A stretch of DNA of 64,000 nucleotides, taken from Lepidodermella squamata. Taxonomy: Eukaryota > Animalia > Gastrotricha. This document shows, in pieces, positions 1-13,708 of the stretch; within the stretch, counting starts at the first letter, position 1; each line of letters starts with the position of its first letter. Both the position numbers and the translations under genes were made by a program. Location of the stretch: positions 372,001-436,000 of the forward strand of contig JBLDXI010000006.1 in NCBI GenBank assembly GCA_047495785.1, read 5' to 3'. The notes beneath the pieces are model-generated. The model had not been told where the DNA came from. It searched no databases and saw only the letters and a program-made list of their open reading frames with translations.

Positions 1-340
1 GTGCGCTGTTATTCTCGAGAAATGGACGAAAAATGTAACGAGAGAAGTGAAATGATAGAAAACTCCATTTGGTGCAATTTATAAAGCATGGTATCTAATC
101 TTTCAAAACTCCACGAAATGGAAGCTCGATATTTCTGCGGCGCAATCGGGGGCGGCAATAAGCTATGTTAGGACAAGCTGCGCCGTTTGAAAATATTCTT
201 CTTTCTTTTAAGATAGTAGTCCGTGTCAAAAATCCGGACTCCCAGCTTTTCCCACTAGTGATAAGATAAACAACAGATGTTTTCATTGTATGAATCGTTG
301 CGGCGCACCCTGTTGCATCTCCGTTTGGGCATGTAAATTC
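1..340 (-). promoter_or_regulatory. 5' leader/promoter of a three-finger (Ly6-like) paralog whose ATG lies just left of the window
   Basis: The reverse complement of 1-10 (aacagcgcac) matches the cagcg(c/t)actgaccATG leader of the paralogs at 13389 and 23132. 1-340 aligns with the upstream regions at 5460-5830 and 22810-23130, with a TATA-like tttataaa at 78-85 and TGATAAGATAA at 259-269. Confidence 0.75.
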
Positions 341-1069
341 CCAGTGGTACAGAGGAGGGGAGGGGTGGTTCAAATATTACAAATTTTGCGAAAAAACGTA
401 ATTGCCCCCTTGTGTTTTGCGAATTTCGGGCTCAAAATGTTCGATTTACCCCAGAGATGATGTAAAATGAATCATCGAGATGTCTCACGATATCAAAAAG
501 AGTGTGATAGTCAACAGGGTTGCTTAGAAATTGGTTTCAAAGTGGACAGTGGACCTTTGGAACCTCGATTCCTGCAGTCATTCGTGAAGGAATCCAGAGT
601 CGCCATGTCGGAAACAAAATCATTTGATTGAACAATTTCAGCTTGATCATTCACGTACAATTGAAAGTTCTTCAATAAACGTTACACACGTGTAGCGAGG
701 TACGAAATTTACAATTTTACCGGTCATTGAACAGCCATTGAGCCTGAGCCCAGGATCGTTGCCACTATTTCTGCTGCCGGTGTCTGCTGCTTCTCCGTAC
801 GTTTTGAATTCTTCCGCCACTGAGAGTAACTATCATGACATCAATGTAGCTCGATTCTCCCTAAATAAAGCGCTTATTGCATTGGTGAATACGTGATGTT
901 TTCTCAAGGGACGAAGTGGAGATGACCCTTGGCCGTAAAGAATATTTCACTCGAGGATGAACAATCTGGTAAAAATTAGCCCTGTGATTCATTGGTTAGC
1001 TTTGGAGCCTCATTCAAAGTTAAGCTGTTGAACTTTTGTAGTGAAAGCAGCGAGTTACATTCTTCTGCT

Positions 1070-2300
1070 GATAAGCTGCTGAGAGAAGAACAAGCTGGAT
1101 TTCACGAACTAAACAGCTGCATCGGCAAGATCTTTGCGCTCAGATGCATAGTCCATCATTGCCTCGAATAGAATGCACCTGCTATCGTCAACTTCTTTGA
1201 TTACAAAAAAAAAGGCTTTCGATAGCGTCCATCACAGCACACTATGGGCTATGGGCTATCCTGCGGTCGCGGTGCATTCCTACGGAAATCGCAATCTGAT
1301 TGCAATTTTCTATTACGAAAACTATGAATGCAGTGTTTTGATCGGCAATGGTGAAATGTCGGACAAGTTCGCTGTAAAGTCTGGTGTTAAACAAGGATGC
1401 GTTATCTCTCCGGTGCGCGAAACTCGACGCCTTCTACAACCGTCGTCCGCGCAGAATATGTGGCATTTACTGGCCGAAGGTCATCAGCAATGAGGATCCG
1501 CACAGACTAGTGGAATGTCGATCACGGAAACCAATGATGGCTGGGTCACGTCTTACGCATGAAAAAGCAACCAAATCCCAAAGGTTGATCTATACTCAAC
1601 TGGCCGGGAGGCTGACAAAGATTTATCCAGCCATCCCCTACCCATCCCCTGGACATCCCCTCAAATCGAGCGGTCATCCCCTAAATTTTAGAGACAGTAA
1701 TAGTATTGTGCGATTCACGACTGATCCCGTAGGGGCGGCAGCCTTAATAGAACTTACCGCAGTCTATGAATTCAAGTATTTTCTTTGGTCGACCTTCTCG
1801 AAACAGTTTAAACAGCACTGTTAAAGTTAATTTGCATATTCGAATTTAGCGTGTGACTACGATAATGAGCGCGCGCACTAATGCTGGTTGCGTAACCGGT
1901 ATTGCGTGGCGCATTTTGAGCGACAAATTTGAGCGCGCACACCGCACACTCGAATAAAAAGCCGTACAACACTAAGAGAAGTGAAATAGCGCGCAATTTC
2001 TCTCATAAAATAATGTAATATAATAGAAATATAGGGGTAAAAAGTGATTATCCGCGAGCGAGCGTAACGAGCGAGCGCCATATTTTTTAACCTCCAAAAC
2101 CCCTTAATTTTGTAACCCATCCCCTCAGACAAAAAGCTGGATGAACCCCTGCTCAGCTCATCGGCCAGAGGGACCGCGATTGACCGAAAACCACCTGGAG
2201 GACAACCGCCCTAAAGGACCTCAACGAACTTGAACTGAGCTGGGGAGAAGCTAGAAAGCAGGCGAAGGATGCAGGATCGAGACACCTGGCGCCTGGAGGA
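1070..2300 (+). mobile_element. Degenerate RTE-clade LINE reverse transcriptase fragment, interrupted by an insertion at ~1615-2151
   Basis: Frameshifted motifs KLLREEQAGF, VNFFDYKKAFDSVH, SGVKQGCVISP, RRICGIYWPKVISNE, WLGHVLRM, then PKTTWRTTALKDLNELELSWGEARKQAKD after the insertion. Confidence 0.8.
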
Positions 2301-2498
2301 CATAAATACATATTTACAGAGATGTATATTCCTCTTTGGAACTCATGGAATGAAGGAATTAAATAACCCTCTCATCTGAAAATGAAAAACCCAAAAAATG
2401 ACGCGAGTGCATACCACATTTATTTTCGCCTTTTCGATTAAAAAAAGTTGTCCCCGGGAAAGCAATAAAACAAAATCGCCGTTAAAGTGTGTATAGAT

Positions 2499-2856
2499 TT
2501 AGAGCACGAAATAGGCAGCGAGCAGGATTGAACCAGTGAGAACAGCTTGAGCACCGGCAGTCACAGGGGCGCTGTTGCATAGGTCGACGTCGTTGCAAAG
2601 GCAAGTAATTGATGTTACACCGAATTGCGACGAAGTCGTGCATGTCATTGGTTGGCCATCGTCGGCTGGCATGCATGTCTTCGTGGTGAGATCGCCGCCA
2701 ACGTCCACTTTCAAGTGCTAACACCGACATAACATTTGATTGCGACTGAAATGTAGCAATTAGGCGATCATATTTTGAGTTACTTCAATGACAATTCTTA
2801 CATGAACCAGCAAAAAGTGCCGTGAAAACGAATGCGACAAGGGTGATGCGAGACAT
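2499..2856 (-). pseudogene. Three-finger (Ly6-like) GPI-type pseudogene
   Basis: Exon 1 MSRITLVAFVFTALFAGS, intron 2801-2746, exon 2 FAIKCYVGVST then TGA (2713-2711). The CxxC segment is deleted and the rest (KTCMP...CLCNDVDLCNSAPVTAGAQAVLTGSILLAAYFVL) is out of frame. Confidence 0.8.
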
Positions 2857-4333
2857 TATCAATTGGCTGCTTTGAAAGGCTTGGTGTTGTAATGAATGAG
2901 TGGATGGCGGAGTTTGTGAATTTATAGAACGAGCTGTCTTATCTCCAAAAGGAAATCCCGCGAAAAGATAGCTAAATATATCTGCGCCGAAATCGGGGGC
3001 GGCAAGCCAAGCTAGAACAAGGCTTATTTGCCTTGAACATGGATGGCCGATCCACTCCAGACTCCAGACCACCTACGTTTCCGCCCAGGTGATAAGATGA
3101 CGTCGCGCTTCGCGCTTGTTTCATCATCCGACCTTGAGTATTTTTTCGTGATATGGATAGCCAGATCTCGCGAAATAAATTGTCCAACTTGACCGACATA
3201 AAAATGTCAAGTGTTGGCGGCAATGTATAAAAAGAGATTCGCTAGTATACTAAATACTAGTTTATCGACGCTATTTATATAAAAATTGTCTGTAGAATGT
3301 CAACTGATCAAACCCTTGGATAATGGATCAGATATTTGACAGTTGTCAATTCATATTCATATCCACGGAACTCATGAATCCCAAGAAACCCGTGCGAGGA
3401 ACACAGTATAGTTCGAGGTATAGCTTCCATTATTCAAAATAGATTGAGCTGATGGAAAGAATGCACGGCTCAAAAATCGACTCGTATTCGGCCCCAATTT
3501 TGAGAAAATGTAGAGCTCCTCCGAGGCTAATTGCGAAAATCGAGCCGCAGTTGTCATTAAGGTTGACAAAATCGAGCAGCATTCCCCATGGACTTTATCA
3601 CAATGGCGACATGGATTCCGCGCCATTCCACCTGCCTACACCCCTGGCTCGATCTGGTTCAACGGCACGCTGTGTCATCGAACGAGATCGACGAAATGAT
3701 TGAGCCTGGAATCGGCATAGACGATAATGGGTCGAATTTGTTGTCGCGAGACAAATTCACTGCAAGAGGACAATGGACGCTGCAAATTCAAAGTCGCCCG
3801 ATGAAGTCATGTCACGTGATCCAGCATATTAATACACTCGTTTAAGCGAACACTCGACAGAGGGGACGGTGACAGTAGCATGACGGCCCGCGATGCAGGG
3901 TAATTCTCCACGTCATGAAGTGCAAATTCAATTTATTTGAATTCATTCGTCTTTTAAAACTTAGCCGCTTATTCAGCGTCACTTGGTCAGAGATCAGAGA
4001 TAAATGGTGTGTAACTAATGATGTATTAAAGAAACACTGTTAATCTGGATACGAAGTGTTTCTTCGATGTTTTCGAAAGTGTTTTGATTTTCGAACTATG
4101 ATACACGTGGCCATAAAAAATTTCGTTTGATGCGAAAATCTCATCTTGATGTGCAATTTCATTTATTTCACTTTAGAAATTGTAAATAATTGGAACAAAT
4201 TGCCAGCTTTTATTGTAGACGTTAAAGATCAACTAATCTTTAAAAACTATAATATATTAAATATTATTACAAAAATATAATGTGAATGGACAGTGCGCAA
4301 ATGTGTCCCTGGCTCCTAATCGACAAATATATA

Positions 4334-4535
4334 CAGTGCTCCCTCGTTAAAGGCACCCTTTTTATAAGACCGTTTCTTTATCGAGGGCTGTTTACGATCG
4401 GAAGAGGATTAGCGCCCCACATGGTGCCAATTTTTAGCTTTTTCGTAATAAATGTACGGCACCCTTGTTAAAAGCACCCCTTGTTTAAAGAACGGGTCTG
4501 GCTCCCGACCCAGTGCTTTTATCGAGGGAGCACTG
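4334..4535. mobile_element. Tc1/mariner-type (pogo/Tigger-like) MITE
   Basis: TIRs cagtgctccctcg.taaa.gcac / gtgcttttatcgagggagcactg with TA on both flanks. Confidence 0.8.
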
Positions 4536-5050
4536 TATCATTTGTTATAATATATAATTAACAATTATCTATGTGATAGATACATCCATCCGTTCATCAT
4601 GTTTATGGCGCAAAATTTCAGAGTGGATTCTGGAGCCTGAAGCTGCCAGTAATTTTAACACTATTTTGCTTTATTGCCCGAATGACTAGTTATTTCAAAC
4701 ACAAAAACGAGCGAAGCGAGGAAAGTTTTAATATTTTCCACTAAAACACGCTCCTAGAAATTGACGAAACGGCGGGCAAAAATACGCCAAAACACCTCTT
4801 AAACTGAGAAGAAAGTGATCATTCTTATTTGCTAAAGCACACGCAGTCAAAACCCTCCGCATGCTGATCTGTTTTCTTGGAGTGCCACGATTGGCACGCG
4901 TACCAGGGTTTGAGAACCACTGTGTTACGTGATTGAGATTTGCTTCGTCAAATTATCATTAAATTTATTGACACATAAATGAGCGGATGAAATAAAACTG
5001 AAAATCTATCGTGAATCCTCAAGTCCTTTGCGATTGATTGGAAACCAGGT

Positions 5051-5458
5051 TTAGAGCATGAAATAGGCAGCGAGCAGGATTGAACCAGTGAGAACAGCTT
5101 GAGCGACGGCAGTCACCGGGGCGCTGTTGCACAAGTCGACGTCGTCGCAGAAGCAAACAGTTGATGTTACACCGCCTTGCGACTGGGTCGTGCAGGTCAT
5201 ATTAAGGCCTGTCTGTGTAGGCAGGCACGCTTTCGTGGTGCCTTCCTCACCGTTTACTTCACCGACAGTTTTTGAGCAAGCGCCACAGCCGTCTACCTCC
5301 TTGTATCCCCCCTGGTAGCTAGACCCCTGGTAACACTTGATGGCAACTGAAATGCAGAATAATTTGAGAATCAGTTCCGATTCAATTCATTGCAAATTCT
5401 TACATGAACCAGCTAGAAGGGCGGTAAAAACGAAAACGACAAGAGTGATGCGAGACAT
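5051..5458 (-). CDS. Three-finger (Ly6/uPAR-like) GPI-anchored protein, 2 exons
   Basis: Signal exon MSRITLVVFVFTALLAGS, phase-1 GT-AG intron ~5403-5347, then FAIKCYQGSSYQGGYKEVDGCGACSK...TKACLP...MTCT...VCFCDDVDLCNS plus a hydrophobic tail. Not in the ORF track. Confidence 0.88.
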
Positions 5459-7274
5459 GGTCAGTGGTTCAGTGAGAGCTTGTTCGTAAGGAATGGACCA
5501 GCGGTAAAAGAAGAGAAGTGAAATGGTAGAAAACTTCCGTTGGTGCAATTTATACCGCGGGATATTTTATCTATAAAACCTCCCAATCCACTAACGAAAA
5601 GCTGGATATCTCCGCTGCGCTGTCGGTTACCATGCCGTCTGTTACCATGCTAAAGGACAACGTAGGACAATCAACTACATAGGACATAGGACATAGGACA
5701 TCGTCGACATCAAATCAACACGACAAAACATTCCCTCTTTCTGATAAGATAAAACCAACATGTTTTCATTGCGTCAATTACGGAACTCCTCGTTGCATCG
5801 CTATTTGGGCTTTCAATTTCCTAAATTCCCATTTGCATTTCTGTGCATTTTTACCGCTGCTTAAGCAAGGAGGGAATGTTTATCATATAAAATCAGTCAC
5901 GAGTGTGTGAGATTTGATGGTGGCTAAAATCGTAGCGAGTTGGCGATCAATTTATTTATCTATTTATTTATTTATTACGCATGTGTCCCTAAGTTGAGAG
6001 CTCAACAACAAAAGATGTCAAACCCCATACAAAAGAAACAAAAATCAGGTCCAATCAGTCCATTTCAAAGTCCGCAGGTACATGAGCATGCAAATAATAT
6101 GTTTTTTTTAGTTAACACATGTTTATATACACGTTGTCGACTAGGGCAGTACTACTATTCGTGCTACTTATTACTTCGATTCACTGCGTCTGATAATGTC
6201 GTACTACGTTTGATCATTCGAATTCCTTGACAGCTTCAGCAAAGAGCCATGTGTCAAACTTTAGATAGATCTATTTAGACTCCTGTCATAGCCCATACAG
6301 CGTGTCCCATAAGCAACGCAAGCAAACCAGAGGTTCAGAAACTCCGTTCCAACCGGGTAAAATACCGAAAAATACCAAGCCAGTTACAATCGGAGGTTTC
6401 TGGGTTTTCTCCGGTAAATTGTTCATTTCTTCGGTTAACTCGCGGATAAAAGATAAAATATTCCCTCAGGAAGTTTAATTATTTACAAACATTGGTTGGT
6501 GGGATCGCTGCCTTGAGATTCAGCGGCCACTTTCAAGCAATACGCGCAGTTGTCAACCACCTCGTACGAATCAGTGCTTACACCAACGTAACATTTGCTG
6601 GCGACTGGGATGTAGAAATTTAGCTATCAAATTTGATTTACTTCCATTTTGATTATGGCCTGTCCAGTGTGCAAATCGAGACCACCTACGTTTGCGCCAT
6701 GGTGATAAGTTGACATCGCGCATTTTTCATCGTCCAAACTTGCAATAATATAGATAATATATTGGATATGCTGTTGATTATATAAGGAGGATCATCTCCT
6801 TGGGCAGTTTTCAATTATTAATCGTACCGACGAAGCGCATGTAACCGGCTGGAGGAATACCAGAATAGCTTATTCAAAAGCTTCCTTATTCAAAATCAAT
6901 TGAGCTTGTGCGGCTTAAAAAACCGAGCAATCGCAAAACCGAGCTTTATTCTATTTGGATTCCGCGCCATACCCTTTGCCTTCGCTCCTGGCTCGAACTG
7001 GTTCCACAGCTCGCTCTCCTCCTCAACGATCAACGAGATCGACGGAATGACTGAGCTTAAGCTAAAGAGCCGAGTAATGTTGTACTGAAGAGCATATTGG
7101 TCGTTATTCGGCTTATAGTGCGAGCGAGCGCCAAACTGTTTACCTCCTAAACCCCTCACCAAATTACCACCTTATCCTCACTCGGTAGACTGAATTATCA
7201 CTACCTGATAATTTCTGACTATGCGTTGATCATTCGAACAAAGAACCAGATGTCAATCTTTATTTAGAGCGCAA

Positions 7275-7670
7275 TCATAGCGCATAGTAAGCTACAACCA
7301 TGAGCACAGCTGCGAAGGCTGAGGAGACAGCGACAGGGGCGCTGTTGCACAAGTCAGTGTTGCAATAGCAGGTGGTGATGTCGTCGCGGCCGTCTGAAAC
7401 CGAGGTGCAATCAAGGCCCTGTCCAGGGTCAACTAACAGACATTGCTTCTGAACAGTTTCAGAACCGGCTACATCGGCAACGATCTTGGTGCAAACCGTG
7501 CAATTTTGCTTTACCACGAAATCCTTCTGCAAACCGTCGTAGCAGTCAAGAGCCACTGAGAAATTTTATGGAACACTGTAATGGTAAATGGCTAAATTCT
7601 TGATTGAAAACATACGCGTACTAGCCACGATCGCTGCAAGGAAAACTGTTACAAGAGCCAAACGAGCCAT
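7275..7670 (-). CDS. Three-finger (Ly6-like) GPI-anchored protein, 2 exons
   Basis: Exon 1 MARLALVTVFLAAIVAST, gtatg...ctcag intron, exon 2 LALDCYDG...CTVC...CYCNTDLCNSAPVAVSSAFAAVLMVVAYYAL. Confidence 0.88.
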
Positions 7671-8513
7671 TTTTTGAAAGTAAAAGATAAGTAACAAGTA
7701 ACAAGTATTAGCACACTGATGTTGTGGCGAAAATAGACTTGCCCCACATAGGTCCAGATTCATTTGAATCAGCATATTTTATCTTGCAAACGTCTTGTTT
7801 TTTCGATAAGTTGAAAACGAGATAAATTAAAAAAATGCATAGCTGGGCGTGAGGCTGCAATGCGATGCCTGCTTGGTGTTTCGTCCTGAGCTATCCGCCC
7901 TTTTCCCATGTGCGGAAATCCACGGTGACGATATGAAAATTTCGAGCGCTACCGAAAATGATAGTAACGGATGCAGATTAATGTCCGAATGTAGACATAT
8001 TGCGTGGAATCTATATCTCTCGGTAAGTCGTCACCTTGGTCACGCACAACGTACATGTCATGCATGAGTGCGCATTGCGCGATGCATGGGTCTATGACAG
8101 GACCAATGTGACGATTCTACGAATTGGGTGTGACGGCTCCATGGCTCACGCTCATGGCAAAATGACATTCAAAACCTGCCCTGCCCGTGTGTCGTTGCTC
8201 CGCGAAACGCTTTACGACATATACCAGAAACGGGTGACCGAAAAAGGAGAGATTTTTCTTACCTTTGATTCTTTGACACTTGAACTTCTGTTCACTATGG
8301 ACACAGAACCTAACATTATTTGGTTGAGTTTTTATTAAGCAGGACTATTTGACAAACTTTACTATATTCCGAAAATGTTTTGTTTTTTCGATGCTATGTT
8401 CTGCTTTTTAGGGATTTCGCAAAAAGAATATCTGCCTCCGACTTTCAGATATTCTGATATTGATATTGATATTGATATATAAAAATAAAAACAAACTAAA
8501 CATGGGTAGTTCT

Positions 8514-8913
8514 TTATACTGTCGCCAAAACAGATACAATGGTGAAAAGCAAGCTTGCAAATAAACTAGCTGATGCATGATTTCCTGAATTGCACAAATT
8601 CTCATCTTGACACAAGCATTCCGTTATTTTCCTGCCATCGGGTTTTATCGACTCAGTGCAGATCATTGGTAGCCTCGGATCGACTTCAATGCAATCTTTG
8701 CCAATCAGCTCGGTTCCGTTGACAATTTCCACAGTTTTGCTGCAAACAACGCATCGGTCTCGAACTTCAAAAGGCGAAGTCTTGCCAACATAACATTCAA
8801 TTGCAACTGTTTGCAGTGAAATTACAAAATATTTGGGGAATTTAGAATAACTTACTGCATGTCCCCAAAATCGAAGCGAAAACTAAAAGAAGGAATATAT
8901 TCGACTGAGCCAT
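8514..8913 (-). CDS. Three-finger (Ly6-like) GPI-anchored protein, 2 exons
   Basis: Exon 1 MAQSNIFLLLVFASILGTC, gtaag...acag intron, exon 2 IAIECYVGKTSPFEVRDRCVVCSK...CLCQDENLCNSG plus a hydrophobic tail. Confidence 0.85.
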
Positions 8914-9104
8914 TAGCTTCAAGTAATAGTCTGAATTTAGCTCTTTTTCTCAGATCTCAAATGATGTTGTATCCCTGTGATAGTTGAGAAGTTATGATAT
9001 TCGGCTAATAGATAAGATAGCAGCGACCTCATGCGATAACCATTTGCTACGTTTTTATTTTCTAGGTATCAAATCAAAACGTGGTGGATAATAAAACTGG
9101 ACAA

Positions 9105-9784
9105 TCAGATGATGTGAGCCCACGTGACAATGCACGATGGCCACTTGCAGTAGGCCCGCTTTCGATCCATTAATACGACCATAGCTAGCGATGTTGCAAT
9201 CGCCTGTAAACCGGTGTAGATTGACGATATCACGCCCAGCAAATTGGCGCAACCAAATGACTGACAACCATATTTAGGGTCGCCTTCGACCCATACGCTT
9301 GTATAGTGACAGCCTAATAGCATTGCGAAGCCGATAATAAATCCGGTTAAAAATACTGTTTTAATCGCGACTATTATGAAAAAAATTCATTAAGGCGGAT
9401 TTTTTCCAAACGAAAAATCTTACTTATCACTGGAACGCGATGTAGTACGCAATCATTGATTTTACGGCATCTGACTAGGAAATGAGCAAAGTGAAGGAAG
9501 CCCTCGAGCATGCCGAAGCAGAAGCATAACGTGAAGGCTATGATGAAGAGATCACGATCGCCACGCACCTGCCCGTCCCACGCCATCCACCAGCCGATTT
9601 TCACGCCGTAAAGCCCAGCGACATGCGGCAGATGCGATAGAATTGTCCGCCAGTCGAAACACGGCTCTTTTGTTACAATTTCATCCTTATTTTCCGGTAG
9701 CGGGTCCTTCTTTAGGCTGCTATCGTCAGCTGGGCTTAATTTGTCAGTCTCGTTCGCAACTTGGCCCTCTTCAGCCTCCATCAT
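9105..9784 (-). CDS. Uncharacterised four-transmembrane protein, family member 1 (2 exons)
   Basis: Exon 1 ORF 9784 to ~9424 (LPHVAG, VRGD), phase-1 gtaag...ataatag intron, exon 2 IAIKTVFLTGF...YGCQSFGCAN...WAHII*. Homologous to five other loci in the window. Confidence 0.82.
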
Positions 9785-11990
9785 TAAGCTGGTAATTGCC
9801 CCTAGAAAGAAAGTAGGTTAACAGCTGTGTTTATGCGTATAAGAGTGCGAAAAAATGGGTTGAACTATTGCAGTAATAGTAACCGAAACGTTAGAATGGA
9901 CTGCTAATAATAAAACTAAAATAGCTATACGGCAGAAGCGCCGAAATTATTATTTCCGCATTTTTCTACGCCGCCACTATTTCTCTTCTGGCGTTCCCGA
10001 GGGGTAGTACGCCTTTTGCCCTAGTAATATTATGCTGTATTTTTTTTGCTCGCGCGCGGGCTCCCTATATAATATTGTATTGATTTTCCCACTAACGCAC
10101 TATTTTTCAGCACATGGAAATGTGCTATCAATCGCCTATTTGCAAGTAAGTCTTTGTATATGTGTGTGTTTTTTATTAACGCGCCGCAAGCTTGTCGAGC
10201 GAGAATAATGCGATTTTTTCTCTTGTATAAACGATGTACAGAGAGAAGAGAGAGAGAGAGAGTTTTTTGTCGAGCGGATTTGCGGCCAAATAGATTGATT
10301 TTTCTGGTTATGTTGTTTCGCTATCCCTCTTTTGGTAAGACGCGCGCTTCCGAAACAAACAAGGCAGAGAAAATATTGTGAGACGTCACTGTATAAAGGA
10401 CGGCAATATTGAGTCTTCCGATAGATTTTTTCTGCGGCGACTGATAGAGATATCGCGCAATTCCCTACGCGGCGCCACTCCACTGTCTGCGCACTGCCAT
10501 CTCCCACGCGCTATTACGAAATGGGTCGAAATATTTAACGATCACGACCCTTGAAACGGAAATAGTTGATCATAAAGCCTTGCTAATGATGAAATGCACT
10601 TGGCTGATATGTTTCAAGACTAGTCTGAGTAAAATCTTTGACTAAAGCTCGTCCCTGAGGGGGAAGTGTTCAAAAGAGGAAAAGGCAGACCTTAAATAAG
10701 CATGATACGTGACAAACAATTGATTAGACCATTTATTTGTGATTATATGTGGACGTATAGTGACACTAGATAGCGCAATTAGAAGCTAAGTGTCACTCGG
10801 TTTCGTGGAAATCTTCATTTGCCGCTAATTGAAAAGCAGGGCTTTTGTTACTTGAAGTTGTTTTTCCCGAAATTTTTTGACAAATTACTGATGTTTTTTT
10901 TTGGCAAGCTGACTCTGAGACGCTAAGTTAACGACAACGCTTATAGCATCCATTCTAATTTAATCCGATCCAATTATTTGATTTCGTTCCTTCTCAAAAT
11001 AATGACAATTGATTGTTGTCATGGAACTCAATACAGGGAAAACACATATTATTCTAAAAAAGTCTTAATAAAAGTGCCAGGTGATTTTGAGGTACACAGA
11101 CTCTCAGAAAATGTTAAAAGTGGAGGGTCAATATTTGCTAGCACTGATTTCGGACACGCACTTTTGCAACTCACGTACATTTTAAACTGTTCACGAACGA
11201 ACTTCTGAAAATAAATAAAAATCGATCTCTAAAATGTTCCAACGTCATCATTTTGAAACTGAACCTACTCACCCTACTGAGATGAGGGTACTGGACAAGG
11301 GGCATATTGCGCGAAGCACGTTGGAGGGTACAGTATCCCCTAATCACCAAGCCAAGGAGGAAAACCAGTGTGCGACTTTCAACAAAGTGAGAATTTATCC
11401 CACTGTTTCTTCAAGTCTTCAGAGGTTTTTGAGCATGTTTTAGTTGCTCAGTTTTTTGTAGCTAGTTTTGGCAACTACAGCACAAAAACCTTTCCATCAC
11501 TGGCAGCTCCGGGATCCAAGGAAAACCTCAAGAAATCCACAGAGCGGACCCTTTGGTCATCAAGTTTCGGCTTTAATTCGCCATAGTTGATAGTCAAATT
11601 GAATCTAAGACCATGTAGAAAGAAAAGCTTTTATAGGAAGGCGAGAAAACGCGACTGAACTGTATATTCTGTATATTTCAACAAATGACATAATCCTAAT
11701 AGCAGTTACTTGGCAGCAATTTGAGTGTGGAAGAATTTGCTTCTAGGTGTGGACAAAAAGCACCTGGCGGCTATTATTCATACAGATATTTGTTCTCACC
11801 GCGATCAAAATCGATAAGTCCATCGCGCATGGTCATATTACGTGTGGGCTGTGCATTATTGGTGGGCGTAAACGCTAATATTTTGGCTGAAATTCCTGCG
11901 GGTGATTGAACCAAAAGGAAATAGCAAATGATAAATAGCAAGTGCATCATTTTATTCAACAACAAATCAAGATACATTCGGAATCTCTGA

Positions 11991-12640
11991 TTAAAGTCTG
12001 CTCGACTTCCATACGGAATAAACTATGCCGCTGCAGTAGTTCGTGTTGCTACAAATACATGTTGTAACCTGTTTGCCACCGCCACTCACGGTCGAACAAA
12101 CTATCGGGGCCTGTAAATTAATTTATTTGGTTGAGACACGACCTACGACCTTGAAATGATCACTGCCACTGAAGATCGCGACATTTTGACACACAATCGT
12201 ACCTTCTTGTCGTCCGATCCCAATCCGTCGTAGCATCGAAGCACTGGCGCAGTTTGAGCGTAGTTACACAGGCTCGTATCGCAGGTACAAGTCACAACTC
12301 AGTCCAGGTCGTAACACAGGGTCTTTGGGTCGGCATGCGGCTGGAATGGAATTAACACTACTGACGTCGCTTTGACAAGCCCCGCAGTTTCCGACCAGGG
12401 AGAAATTGTCGATGCCAAAGTAACATCTGAGAAGCCCCGGAGCTGCTGTAGTGCTAGGCTTAAGGATATTGTTATTAAAAATATCAAGGTCGTCGCAGTA
12501 GTATGTTGTAGTTCCCAGGCGAATTTAACTGTCTGTTGTCACATGCCGCATTTGCGCCATAAGAGTAAACCACCTTTGAAACTGAACAAGCGATGCAATC
12601 TTGTTCAACGAACGCTGACATTTCAGGCATTGAACTTTTA
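11991..12640 (-). pseudogene. Decayed multi-domain three-finger gene (about 3 domains)
   Basis: Frameshifted remnants FVEQDCIACS, TTYYCDDLDIFNN-linker-LLRCYFGIDNFSLVGNCGACQS, VVTCTCDTSLCN-APVLRCYDGLG, VTTCICSNTNYCSG...RL*, with AATAAA ~35 nt downstream. Confidence 0.7.
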
Positions 12641-13388
12641 GATCGGACTCCGTAGCAATTCCATAGTCGAATTTCCTAGTCAAACTTCCAGTTCCGATCA
12701 TCAGATTGATTTTCTACCTAACATTCACCGTTGCGACTACCAAGACAGTAAATGACAATGTCGCCGGTGGGAATTTTCTTCCGAAATGATGACAGGCTTG
12801 ATCAAATAATTCTATAAAAGAGATTATCTAAGCTCTAGGTACCTTGCTAGGTAACGGAGGAAGAATTGGTGGACTGCTTCAGGTCTCTTCTTATGGGTGG
12901 TGAATGACGCGACAACAGATCCGACTACGACTTGTTGATGTGATGACCGAGATTTTTTCAATATTGAAGACGATGAGCGCAACAAAAATTCCAATTCATC
13001 GTTTTTATACGAAGGTTTTATAATCTAATCTAATAGTTATCCAATCTGTCTCTCCTCTTCCGCCCTCACCCATGCTTATTTGAAGTCCGTAGTCTGTGGT
13101 TTTATCTCTTCGTCGCCGCCCCACCACCTTGTGCCACTGCAATCATTCCACCTGGCACCTTTTCTCAACAGCAGTGGGCAGGCGAAGCTGAGTGTTCACT
13201 TTGGAACCGCCCTACTTAATGGCAAGAAGGAGCTTGCTTAACAGGTGACAGGGCTGGCCATCCCCGAATTCTGGGCGCGATGTAAGCCTGTATTTAAACC
13301 CCGTTGTAGTCGCTACAAATTCATCACTTTCCAATTCAGCTAATCGTTCATCTAGTTCGAAAAACTATTTCAAACCAGCGCACTGACC

Positions 13389-13708
13389 ATGTCTCGCATC
13401 AGCCTTGTCGTACTCTTCCTGACAGCACTTTTTGCTAGTTCATGTAAGCGTTCGCTTTCAATTGAACCCAGAATTGATTTTCATATTGCTTCATTTCAGT
13501 TGCCATCAAGTGTTATGTTGGCTTTGCTGAGGGGCAATACACCGTCAATAACAACTGCGATGTTTGCGAGACGATACAAGGCACAACCAAGTTGTGTTGG
13601 CTTAGCAGCCAGATTAACATGCAAGGCCTTGAAATGGGCTGCGAGGAGACGCACATTGGCGGCAAGCCATCAAGCGTTTGCTGGTGCGACACCGACCTGT
13701 GCAACTAG
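13389..13708 (+). CDS. Secreted single-domain three-finger protein (no GPI tail), 2 exons
   Basis: MSRISLVVLFLTALFASS, intron 13444-13499, FAIKCYVGFAEGQYTVNNNCDVCETIQGTTKLCWLSSQINMQGLEMGCEETHIGGKPSSVCWCDTDLCN then TAG. Confidence 0.85.

Noticed and set aside
2711-2713. In-frame TGA as selenocysteine or readthrough
   Set aside because: The downstream sequence is in a different frame and two cysteines are deleted, so this is a deletion pseudogene.
4890-4922. hAT-like terminus gtttgagaaccactg
   Set aside because: No matching left terminus or TSD was found, so the element extent cannot be supported.
9850-11950. Short ORFs and a GA tract between the first 4TM gene and the multi-domain pseudogene
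   Set aside because: No recognisable motifs, splice structure or paralogy. Probably repeat-derived intergenic DNA.
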